A stretch of DNA of 64,000 bases. Source: an uncultured Ruminococcus sp. Lineage in GTDB: Bacteria > Bacillota > Clostridia > Monoglobales > Monoglobaceae. Each line of letters begins with the position of its first letter. Position 1 is the first letter of the stretch. The notes beneath the pieces are model-generated. The model made no database searches, was not told where the DNA came from, and worked only from the letters and a program-made list of their open reading frames with translations. Location: contig CACWIG010000006.1 of the NCBI GenBank assembly GCA_902760955.1, positions 1,354-65,353 of the forward strand. The letters are read 5' to 3'. Positions 49,126-57,167 of the stretch are shown here, one piece after another. A program made the translations under genes and the position numbers.

Positions 49126-51081
49126 TTAATTATTTTTTCCATTTTTAGCTATAACGTTGACCGAAAATACAGAATTATTGTATAAAATATTCCAATTATA
49201 AGATTCCCATTCGGATTGTGTCACAAAATCGGACTTTACTTTTCTGCCTAAACCAAGTATATCACAACCAATGGTTGATGTTTTATACAAAAAAGTTTCG
49301 ATTTGGCTTTTAAGCATTCGTGCAACCTTATCTAAATCGGCACCTTCCGACACAGTAACCTCTATTTCTAACGTAATGTATGGATTAACATTGTCAGTAG
49401 ATACCTCAACATCAGGCTTACATACACTTGATAACACACACTCACCCGTACCGTAGTTAAACCCTGCCTCCTCTGTGTTTCCAATCAACACATTATAGAT
49501 AAGTGCTTCATCAGCATCTGCGACGCCACACATCTTTCCCGACAGAAAAAGAGCCATACCCGACAGACCATTTTCGTTCACAAGAGGCACAACGGCATCA
49601 TATGCCTTGTCAACACTTCTGCTGACAAAATCCCGCAGAGTCGTTACAGTTGCATATGGCACATCTCTGTTTTTAAAGAATAACTCATAGTACCTGATAG
49701 TGTTTTCTTCAAGGGTTGGGTTTACGCTTTTTAAAAATTCCACAGCAGAGTCTGCCACACAAAGATTAGCCGATTGTCTGACCTCTCTATCCTTCATTAA
49801 TACCACGCAATGACTCAGAGCATCCTCTTTAGCCACCTGTTCCGATAGTGCCACAACCTTTACATTGCTGAAATCTGTTTTTTTGCTCATTACACTTTTA
49901 AGCTTATTTTTCGCCGTAAAGAAGTCCTCCGCCTCCACACAGATATTATCTACTGTTTTGTTGCCATCAGACTGTTTTTCATCGGCTTTTTCTTCTGTTC
50001 CAATACTTCCGCCCGACTCTAAGGGATTGGATAATTGAAAGGTATACTTAAATTCAGAGTTATCTCCCTTATCTATTCCCATGGCAATTACATATCCCTT
50101 TTCCTCCACCTCGCTGCTGTCATAGCAGCCACACAACATCAGGCACATTATTAACGACATAACCGCCGCTCCTGCTCTCTTAATGTTAAAGCTGATTTTT
50201 CTGACCTCGTTGACTATAATACTAAGCGAGAGAGAGGAATAGAGAATTGCAGATGTGATTAATGCCAACAAATACGCAAAATCAATGCGTATGGGAAACT
50301 TACCAACGCTTGCACCTTTAGTCAGTGCATAGGTAATATGCTCTACACCCTCTGCATATTCGTATGGGAAGTTAAGCGAGAATATAAGAATAATCAAGAC
50401 ATTTGCAACAACGGCTAAAACAGCAGAGAACATAGCTGTTTTCTTATACGAATATTTACCGCTGTTTCTCGGCAAGAAAAATATTGCAATAATATCGGAA
50501 TACATCAATAAAGACGACAATCCCTTAAAAAGCACATTGCTTGCACCCTTGCCAAGCACAGGTGCAAGATTGTATATATCAGCATTTTTTAATCCGAATA
50601 CAAATATGGCGGCAACTGTAAGACCAATACCTAAAGACGATAAGGAATGCATACGTCTGACCGCCTGATTACCGCACAGCATCGTTACAAGTGCCGCCAA
50701 AACTATAAAAACACCTGTATACCAAAGAGGTGAGGTAGGGAAAACAGTTTTTCTCAACGCACAGCATACATAAAACACAACCGCACAGAATGAAACAATA
50801 AAGTATATGACACCAATTAACGATACGGCATTGCTTGCCTTTGTTCCGAATTTTCTTTTAACAGCCTCGACAATTCCAATATCGGCATACTTATCGTAAA
50901 GCATCATAATAAGCCAAAAAATTGCTAAGAATACCGCTCCCGAAAAAAAAGCCGTAAGCCAAGCGGCACTTCCGCCAAAATGAAGATATATTTTGGGATA
51001 AAACAAAAACAGTTTAAATACAAGCGAATTAAATATTATACAACCAAGCTCCCATTTTCCAATGTTATTGTTATCATTCAT
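49126..51081 (-). CDS. Spore germination receptor, fused GerAB-like permease and GerAC-like lipoprotein
   Basis: 651 aa. The N-terminal ~300 aa form a multi-TM GerAB/APC-like permease. An internal signal peptide plus lipobox follows (AAVMSLIMCLMLCGC), then a Ger(x)C-type domain (YDSSEVEEKGYVIAMGIDKG...). It is one uninterrupted ORF. Confidence 0.75.
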   Translation of the reverse strand: MNDNNNIGKWELGCIIFNSLVFKLFLFYPKIYLHFGGSAAWLTAFFSGAVFLAIFWLIMMLYDKYADIGIVEAVKRKFGTKASNAVSLIGVIYFIVSFCAVVFYVCCALRKTVFPTSPLWYTGVFIVLAALVTMLCGNQAVRRMHSLSSLGIGLTVAAIFVFGLKNADIYNLAPVLGKGASNVLFKGLSSLLMYSDIIAIFFLPRNSGKYSYKKTAMFSAVLAVVANVLIILIFSLNFPYEYAEGVEHITYALTKGASVGKFPIRIDFAYLLALITSAILYSSLSLSIIVNEVRKISFNIKRAGAAVMSLIMCLMLCGCYDSSEVEEKGYVIAMGIDKGDNSEFKYTFQLSNPLESGGSIGTEEKADEKQSDGNKTVDNICVEAEDFFTAKNKLKSVMSKKTDFSNVKVVALSEQVAKEDALSHCVVLMKDREVRQSANLCVADSAVEFLKSVNPTLEENTIRYYELFFKNRDVPYATVTTLRDFVSRSVDKAYDAVVPLVNENGLSGMALFLSGKMCGVADADEALIYNVLIGNTEEAGFNYGTGECVLSSVCKPDVEVSTDNVNPYITLEIEVTVSEGADLDKVARMLKSQIETFLYKTSTIGCDILGLGRKVKSDFVTQSEWESYNWNILYNNSVFSVNVIAKNGKNN

Positions 51082-51100
51082 ATAAGATCTCCATTCTTAT

Positions 51101-52612
51101 TTACTTTTCCATCCATTTTCTACTGATATGAGGTTGACGAACAGGCTGTTGAGTTTTTAAATTCTTCGGTCTGCGTTCCTTTTTCCATATGGGCTTGACT
51201 AAAACAGCATCTACGGTTGAAGTTCCGTTTTTTGGTGTAATTGGTGACAAAAATGGTACATTATATGTCATAGACGAAGCCAGGAACGACACGCCGATAA
51301 AATACGCACAGACTATGCCAAGCATACCTGCAACCCCACCGAATACAATAAACACAAACCTTGTCAACGCAAGGGATCTGGAAAGCTCCACAGAAGGCGA
51401 TGCAAAAGTCCCAAGCCCTGCAATAGATACTATAATTATCAGTATGGGACTTACTATATTTGCATCAACCGCTGCCTGTCCCAAGATAAGACCGCCTATT
51501 ATACCTATCGTTGACCCAACGGGACTTGGAACTCTGACAGACGCCTCTTTTATCAGTTCAAATGCAAGCTCCATCAATACAAGTTCAACAACTAACGGAA
51601 ACGGCACAACCTCACGTGTTGCCTCAATTGCCAATAGCAAATCTGCAGGTAATATTTCTTGATGATAGAGCATAACAGCCACAAATACACCCGGCAACAA
51701 AACAGAAATTCCCAAGCCAAGCAATCTGACAATCTTCATAAAATTGGCTTCAGGCACTCTGACGTAATTATCCTCTGATGCCTCTATCAAATCAACTGCT
51801 GTTGTGGGTAATACAAGGACGAAGGGACTTCCCTGAACAATCACCACTACCTTTCCCTCAGCTAACATTGACGCAGCTCTGTCGGGACGTTCTGTCTTTA
51901 ATGTTCTTGTTATGGGAAAGAAGGTCTTAGTTTCAATCAACATTTCTATATCGCTTGACGAAAATATATATTCTGTTTCAATCAAGTTTAATCTGCGTCT
52001 GACCTCTGCCACAAGCTTTTTATTCGTTATCCCGTCAATATACAGCAATGCACAGGGCGTATTGCTCTTTGTTCCCACCTTGATATTCTCTGCAATCAGG
52101 TTAGGGTCTTTAAGAATTTTTCTAATCAGGGCAAGGTTATTCATAATAACCTCATTAAATCCCTCTTGAGGTCCCGAAAGGCTCGCCTCGCGTACAGGCT
52201 GTTCAACACCTCTGTTTCCCCAACCCTTTACATCTGCCGCAAAGCAACAATCACAGCCGTCAACAAATATTAAACAATGACCAAATGTCAGCTTCTCGAT
52301 TATCTTGTCAATTTTTGTTTCTTTGGTGAGCGGTGCAAGGGTTATCAATCGCTTGAATATAAAATCGGATAAGTTATCATTCTTTGGAATTTCTCCTTTG
52401 TTTTGAATAAGTCCTCGCATAATATCCCTGTTGATGTAGGTTTGGTTCACCAATCCATCATAAAAAGCCGCAAAACCTGATACCTTGCCGTTATCAAATC
52501 CTATCTCAAAATCTCTTATAATAAAGTCAAAATTGTCGGGCAATCCAAATATGTCCTCCATATTTTTGCGGTTTATTTCTAAATTAATATCCACAAGCAT
52601 TGTTTCATTCAT
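51101..52612 (-). CDS. gerAA: Spore germination receptor subunit A (GerAA/GerKA family)
   Basis: GerA-family core with a C-terminal TM bundle. Start set at ATG 52612 (RBS GAGGTGA) rather than the extended ORF start at 52669. Confidence 0.85.
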   Translation of the reverse strand: MNETMLVDINLEINRKNMEDIFGLPDNFDFIIRDFEIGFDNGKVSGFAAFYDGLVNQTYINRDIMRGLIQNKGEIPKNDNLSDFIFKRLITLAPLTKETKIDKIIEKLTFGHCLIFVDGCDCCFAADVKGWGNRGVEQPVREASLSGPQEGFNEVIMNNLALIRKILKDPNLIAENIKVGTKSNTPCALLYIDGITNKKLVAEVRRRLNLIETEYIFSSSDIEMLIETKTFFPITRTLKTERPDRAASMLAEGKVVVIVQGSPFVLVLPTTAVDLIEASEDNYVRVPEANFMKIVRLLGLGISVLLPGVFVAVMLYHQEILPADLLLAIEATREVVPFPLVVELVLMELAFELIKEASVRVPSPVGSTIGIIGGLILGQAAVDANIVSPILIIIVSIAGLGTFASPSVELSRSLALTRFVFIVFGGVAGMLGIVCAYFIGVSFLASSMTYNVPFLSPITPKNGTSTVDAVLVKPIWKKERRPKNLKTQQPVRQPHISRKWMEK

Positions 52613-52707
52613 CGAAAATTCACCTCTGTTCGAGATGTATTTTCTCCGTAAATTAAAAATATATTCCATTGATTTACTTTACTTACCGCAAACAAACCTA
52701 CGATAAC

Positions 52708-52737
52708 AAATTCAAAATAATTTTAATGAATAATTGC
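52708..52737 (-). repeat. Isolated right arm of family A (inverted), abutting the tandem array
   Basis: AAATTCAAAATAATTTTAATGAATAATTGC is the reverse complement of the copy-1 right arm GCAATTATTCATTAAAATTATTTTG(G)AATTT. Confidence 0.6.
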
Positions 52738-52741
52738 ATAA

Positions 52742-52962
52742 TTGTATGGCAGGGGCTCGCTCCTGCCGAATATCAACCGAAAAATAAAATTGTAGGGCAG
52801 GGGCTCGCTCCTGCCAAAAATCAACCGAAAAATAAAATTGTAGGGCAGGGACTTGCTCCTGCCGAATATCAACCGAAAAATAAATTTGTAGGACAAAGGC
52901 TTGCTCCTGCCGAATTTGTAGGGGACGGCGTCCCCGACGTCCCGAAAACAAACCTACGATAA
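52742..52962 (+). repeat. Tandem array of family B hairpin units (48-nt period: 3 full units, 1 truncated, 1 canonical GGGACG unit)
   Basis: Unit starts at 52742, 52790, 52838, 52886 and 52916. Unit sequence: TTGTAGGGCAGGGGCTCGCTCCTGCCGAATATCAACCGAAAAATAAAA, with hairpin GGCAGG-ggctcgct-CCTGCC. Confidence 0.85.
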
Positions 52963-52973
52963 AAATTTCTAAT

Positions 52974-53729
52974 TTATATTTTATAAATTCTGTACTGCTT
53001 CCTATATTCACTGGGGGTTATGCCCTCTTTAATTTTAAATTCGCGGCTAAAATGATACACACTTGAAAAGCCGCACATTTCCGCAATATTACTGATTTTA
53101 TTCACGCCCTCACTCAACAGCAATTTCGCCTTTGAAATGCGAAGATTTAAAACAAACTGCTTAGGCGATATTTTGTACTGCTTTATAAACTGTTTTCTGA
53201 AGTATACCTCACTTATCTTACATTGCTTGGCAAGTACCTCATTAGTCAGAGAAGAATCAGAATAATTGTCTTTTATATACGTCATTGCAGGTGCAAGAAG
53301 TATATTTATAGTTTTATTTGAATATACATTATGAATTATATTGTAAAACAAACTCATAATTTTGGCTCTGTTGCCATCGAATAGATGTAGGTTATATAAA
53401 GTGTTAAAATCTCTTATACATTCGTCAGGATTGTCCAACGGAAACAAAAGAATAGTGTCGCACAATTTCTCTGCACAGGTAAAATCAATTACGTAGAACT
53501 GTCCTGTCTTGTCTCCGTATATGCTGTAGCTCTGCCCCTGAGGAAGAATTACAGCGTTTCCCTTATCAGATACAAATTTTTTACCATTATGCATATATGT
53601 TATCTGTCCGCTCAAACAAAATGACAAGCCGTAAGTTTCACGTTCAACGATTTCTTCGTGTCTGCCTTTTTCGGAAAACACCGTGAACACCAATGGTATA
53701 CTCGTTACCGTTATATCAGTAAGTTCCAC
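52974..53729 (-). CDS. AraC family transcriptional regulator
   Basis: 251 aa. N-terminal cupin-like domain and C-terminal HTH pair (..LAKQCKISEVYFRKQF...GFSSVYHFSREFKIKEGITPSEYR). Confidence 0.85.
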   Translation of the reverse strand: MELTDITVTSIPLVFTVFSEKGRHEEIVERETYGLSFCLSGQITYMHNGKKFVSDKGNAVILPQGQSYSIYGDKTGQFYVIDFTCAEKLCDTILLFPLDNPDECIRDFNTLYNLHLFDGNRAKIMSLFYNIIHNVYSNKTINILLAPAMTYIKDNYSDSSLTNEVLAKQCKISEVYFRKQFIKQYKISPKQFVLNLRISKAKLLLSEGVNKISNIAEMCGFSSVYHFSREFKIKEGITPSEYRKQYRIYKI

Positions 53730-53942
53730 AATTCTCGCCTCCTGTATAGTATAATACCATATTATATAAAGTAAAGCAACATATTATTTGGCAATTGTAT
53801 CAAAAGTGTTAAATTTATATCGTTTTTGGCATTGAATATTAATAGATAGTCGGTTATAATTTTATAAGATTGACAGACAATCGCACAACAGCGTGTCTAT
53901 AATAATTAAATTTTCATTGCAACCACGAAAGGAGAAAAAAAC

Positions 53943-54926
53943 ATGAAAGCAATGCTTGTAAACGCAGATCAGTCATTGTCTTGGAGTGACGTTCCTGATC
54001 CCGTTATCAAATCAGAAGAGGTACTTGTTGAAATTCACGCAGCTGCACTTAACCGCGCTGACTTAATGCAGAGAGAGGGTGACTATCCTCCTCCCCCCGG
54101 ATGCCCTGATTGGATGGGACTTGAAATTGCAGGTGTTATCGTTGAAATGGGTGATGAAGCTAAGGCTAAATCAAATTGGAAAATAGGCGACAAGGTATGT
54201 GCACTTCTTGGCGGCGGCGGTTATGCCGAATACGTTTCAGTTAAATATGATATGCTTATGCCTGTACCGAAAAACTGTTCTATGGAAGAGGCTGCAGCTA
54301 TTCCCGAGGCATTTGCAACAGCATACTTAAACCTCTTTATCGAGGGTAAAATTCAGCCAGGTAACACATTACTTATGAACGCAGGGGCATCAGGACTTGC
54401 AAGTGTTATTATTCCTATGGCAAAGGCTTTTGGCGTAAGAGTTATTACAACTGTTTTAACTGATGAAATCGCAGAATCTATAAAGCATTTGAATGCTGAC
54501 AGAGTTGTTGTTACAACAAAAGAAGATATTTCTGAAGTATTAAAAGAGGAGCTCGAAAAGGGTACATCTGTTGACGTTGCAATCGACTGTCTCGGCGGCG
54601 AGATTATGGGTAAGTGTATACACTACTTAACTCACGGTGCAAGATGGATTATGATTGCGGCTCTCGCAGGTCAGAAAACAGAGATTGACCTCAAAAATAT
54701 CTATGTAAGAAATGTCAGAATTGTGGGCAGCACCCTCCGTTCAAGAACTCCTGAGGTTAAGGCAGAAATTTTGGCATCATTGGTTCGTGACGTATTCCCT
54801 AAAATCGAAACAGGCGAAGTTAAGCCTACTATTTATAAGATATTGCCTATAACTGAGGCTGAGGCAGCACACGACATTCTCTACAGAGGCGAAAATGTCG
54901 GAAAGGTTGTTCTTACAGTAAAATAA
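53943..54926 (+). CDS. NAD(P)H:quinone oxidoreductase (MDR/zeta-crystallin family)
   Basis: 327 aa. AAALNRADLMQREGDYPPPPG.. and the nucleotide fold NAGASGLAS. Confidence 0.85.
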   Translation: MKAMLVNADQSLSWSDVPDPVIKSEEVLVEIHAAALNRADLMQREGDYPPPPGCPDWMGLEIAGVIVEMGDEAKAKSNWKIGDKVCALLGGGGYAEYVSVKYDMLMPVPKNCSMEEAAAIPEAFATAYLNLFIEGKIQPGNTLLMNAGASGLASVIIPMAKAFGVRVITTVLTDEIAESIKHLNADRVVVTTKEDISEVLKEELEKGTSVDVAIDCLGGEIMGKCIHYLTHGARWIMIAALAGQKTEIDLKNIYVRNVRIVGSTLRSRTPEVKAEILASLVRDVFPKIETGEVKPTIYKILPITEAEAAHDILYRGENVGKVVLTVK

Positions 54927-54969
54927 TGCTGTGGATATGATAAAACGGTGTTGTTAAAAAAGGATGAAA

Positions 54970-55004
54970 CAGCGGTTTGTCGGAAATCGCCAAACCCTAC
55001 ATTT
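54970..55004 (-). repeat. GTAG-hairpin repeat (family B), GGTTTG/CAAACC stem variant
   Basis: Reverse strand reads AAAATGTAGGGTTTGGCGATTTCCGACAAACCGCT. Loop GCGATTTCCGA. Confidence 0.65.
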
Positions 55005-55035
55005 TGTGTGAAATCTAATCATCATACAAAATAAA

Positions 55036-55069
55036 TTGTAGGGGACGGCGTCCCCGACGTCCCGAAAAT
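55036..55069 (+). repeat. GTAG-hairpin repeat (family B), canonical
   Basis: TTGTAGGGGACGGCGTCCCCGACGTCCCGAAAAT. Confidence 0.8.
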
Positions 55070-55101
55070 CACTTTTTTAACAGCACCGTTTTTTTATGTT
55101 C

Positions 55102-56241
55102 TTATTTTTCAAGGCAAGCATATAATACATTCTTAGTTTCATATTGTATTTTCATACACTCGCTATTATGAACGTGCTGAAAATATGAAAAAGATATATT
55201 ATTTTTAGGGTCAACCAACGAAAAAGCACTTGCCGCACCATCCCATCCGAATTCACCGATAGGTGTAAGTGAATTGCTCTCTGATTTATCAATGTGAGTG
55301 CGGACACCCAAACCATAGCCATAGCCTGGTCTACCAATTTCAAATTCCGCAAGTTGTTTACCTTTCAGATGGTTCATTCCCATAAGTTCAACTGTAGCTG
55401 GTGATAATATTCTGTTGCCGTTTTTAGCTACACCGCCACAGGCGATTGCATCAAGAAATAAAGAATAATCCTCCGCACAGGAGACAAGCCCCGCTCCGCC
55501 GCTTTGGTACTCATCAGATAAATTGTATAAGCACAAAAGCTGCAAACGCAATGGCAGGTCACTTTTATTTCTGTCAAAGGTATATCTTGCCGCCATTTTA
55601 GAAAGCTGTTCCTCATTTTTGGGAAGTCCAAAAAACGTTTCCTTCATTCCAAGAGGTTCAAAAAGATTTTCTTTCATATATTCGCCAAGTTTTATTCCTG
55701 ACCAAATCTCAATCAATGCACCAAGCACATCATGACATAAACTGTATCTAAAATTTGTTCCCGGCTCAAAACCTAAAACCGCCTCAGACAACGCACCGAC
55801 AAGTTCCCTTGTGCTTGTTTTGTTTTCAGCTATTGCTTTTTTGAAATAAGGAGCATTTAAGTCATAATCAAAACCTGCACTCATTGTAAACAAATCTTTA
55901 ACAGTGATTGGGTTTTTAGCAGTAACATATCCTGTATCGGAATCATCTGACTTAACCTTCATTGTTTCAAATTCAGGCATATATTTAGAAATTGGGTCCG
56001 TCATTAAAAACTTGCCCTTTTCATATAACTGAAGTGCAGAAGTACAGGTAAGCATTTTTGTCATAGAGAATATAAAATACAACTCATTGCCGTTCATTTT
56101 TTTGTTATTCTCTATATCACTCATACCCGTATAGTATCTGAATAGCATCTCGTGGTCTTTGTATAAAATACAATCTATACCAGGAACCTTGTATTCGTTT
56201 ACAATTTTGTCCATCTGATTTTTTAAGTCTGTGAAATCCAT
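55102..56241 (-). CDS. Serine hydrolase, beta-lactamase (class C)/esterase family
   Basis: SxxK motif FSMTK and a YSxxH-like motif. Start set at ATG 56241 (RBS GAGGTGA) rather than the extended start at 56304. Confidence 0.8.
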   Translation of the reverse strand: MDFTDLKNQMDKIVNEYKVPGIDCILYKDHEMLFRYYTGMSDIENNKKMNGNELYFIFSMTKMLTCTSALQLYEKGKFLMTDPISKYMPEFETMKVKSDDSDTGYVTAKNPITVKDLFTMSAGFDYDLNAPYFKKAIAENKTSTRELVGALSEAVLGFEPGTNFRYSLCHDVLGALIEIWSGIKLGEYMKENLFEPLGMKETFFGLPKNEEQLSKMAARYTFDRNKSDLPLRLQLLCLYNLSDEYQSGGAGLVSCAEDYSLFLDAIACGGVAKNGNRILSPATVELMGMNHLKGKQLAEFEIGRPGYGYGLGVRTHIDKSESNSLTPIGEFGWDGAASAFSLVDPKNNISFSYFQHVHNSECMKIQYETKNVLYACLEK

Positions 56242-56275
56242 TACATTCACCTCAAATTTTTTACTAATTTGGGTT

Positions 56276-56304
56276 ATTATAGAACAATCAATTATAATTG
56301 TCAA
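56276..56304 (-). promoter_or_regulatory. Consensus sigma-A promoter of the serine hydrolase gene
   Basis: Minus strand reads TTGACA (56304-56299), 17 nt, TATAAT (56281-56276). Confidence 0.55.
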
Positions 56305-56345
56305 TACACATCCTGGATAAAATCATTAATTTTCTGTAACAGATT

Positions 56346-57167
56346 TTACTGTACTACGGCATTTTTAAAATATTTGGTAAAGTCCTCTTCTCTGTTTTCT
56401 CTATTGTCAAGAGTATATTCCATACCAAGCATTTTATATTTTGCACCTGCAAATTGATTATACTTCAAAAGGACAACAGGATAATCACCTGCAATTTCAG
56501 CAATGCCTTTCAGGTTTTCGGCTGTATCTGTTATAGACGGGATAAGCGGAATTCTGAAAACAAATTCCTTGCCGCTTTTCTTTAAATATTCGATATTTTG
56601 TATAATCCTTTTATTTGATACACCTGTATATTTTATGTGCAAATCATCATCCGCCAATTTTATATCCTGCATAATATAATCAAATTTATCAATTACCCTT
56701 TTGTAAACTTCAAAGTCTGCATATCCGCTTGTCTGAATTGCTTTGTGTATACCCCATAGCTTATCTGCCAAATCAGATACAAAATCAGGCTGCATCAAAG
56801 GCTCTCCGCCCGATATAGTCACACCACCTCCGCTTATAGCGAAAAAATCTGCATTTTTCATCAATCTTTCCGCAAGTTCGTCAGAGCTTATCTCTGTACC
56901 TGCAACGCTTAATGCATCATTTGCACAGGCGTATATGCATCTGCCGTAGGCTTTACATTCCTCGTGATTACAAGGCTGAAAACACTTTCCGCAATGCACA
57001 CAAAGATTTTCTTTATACATAAGCTGTTTTTGAACACTCAAGCCCTCAGGGTTGTGACACCACCGACAACGCAGAGGACACCCCTTTAAAAAAACTGTTA
57101 TTCTTCCTCCTGGTCCGTCGTGGATGGTAAATTCCTTTATATCAAATATAGTTCCCTGCATAATCAC
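56346..57167 (-). CDS. Glycyl-radical enzyme activating protein (radical SAM)
   Basis: CPLRCRWCHNPE radical-SAM cluster, two ferredoxin-like Cys clusters (CVHCGKCFQPC, CIYAC) and GGGVTISGGEPL. Overlaps the GRE stop by 4 nt. Confidence 0.9.
   Translation of the reverse strand: MIMQGTIFDIKEFTIHDGPGGRITVFLKGCPLRCRWCHNPEGLSVQKQLMYKENLCVHCGKCFQPCNHEECKAYGRCIYACANDALSVAGTEISSDELAERLMKNADFFAISGGGVTISGGEPLMQPDFVSDLADKLWGIHKAIQTSGYADFEVYKRVIDKFDYIMQDIKLADDDLHIKYTGVSNKRIIQNIEYLKKSGKEFVFRIPLIPSITDTAENLKGIAEIAGDYPVVLLKYNQFAGAKYKMLGMEYTLDNRENREEDFTKYFKNAVVQ

Larger units (their letters stand above)
54942..55092. repeat. 20-bp long-range inverted repeat enclosing two family B hairpins
   Basis: AAAACGGTGTTGTTAAAAAA (54942-54961) pairs with TTTTTTAACAGCACCGTTTT (55073-55092), 19 Watson-Crick pairs plus 1 G-T. 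B copies lie at 54970-55004 and 55036-55069 in between. Confidence 0.6.

Noticed and set aside
52742-52962. The tandem 48-nt hairpin array could be mistaken for a CRISPR array.
   Set aside because: The units are directly contiguous with no unique spacers. The repeat belongs to the dispersed GTAG-hairpin family, and no cas genes or leader are present.
52669-53011. ORFs 52669-52962(+) and 52712-53011(-), with reiterated peptides (VGQGLAPAE..., RQEQAPALQFYFSVD...).
   Set aside because: Both are translations of the tandem repeat on opposite strands, with no RBS. The periodic peptide mirrors the 48-nt DNA period, so these are spurious ORFs.
56299-56308. The 10-mer GTCAATACAC is shared between 56299-56308 and 60271-60280, which could suggest a second regulator site in the GRE locus.
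   Set aside because: In both places it is simply the reverse complement of a -35 box with its upstream bases (GTGTATTGAC) from near-consensus promoters. The promoter consensus explains the match.
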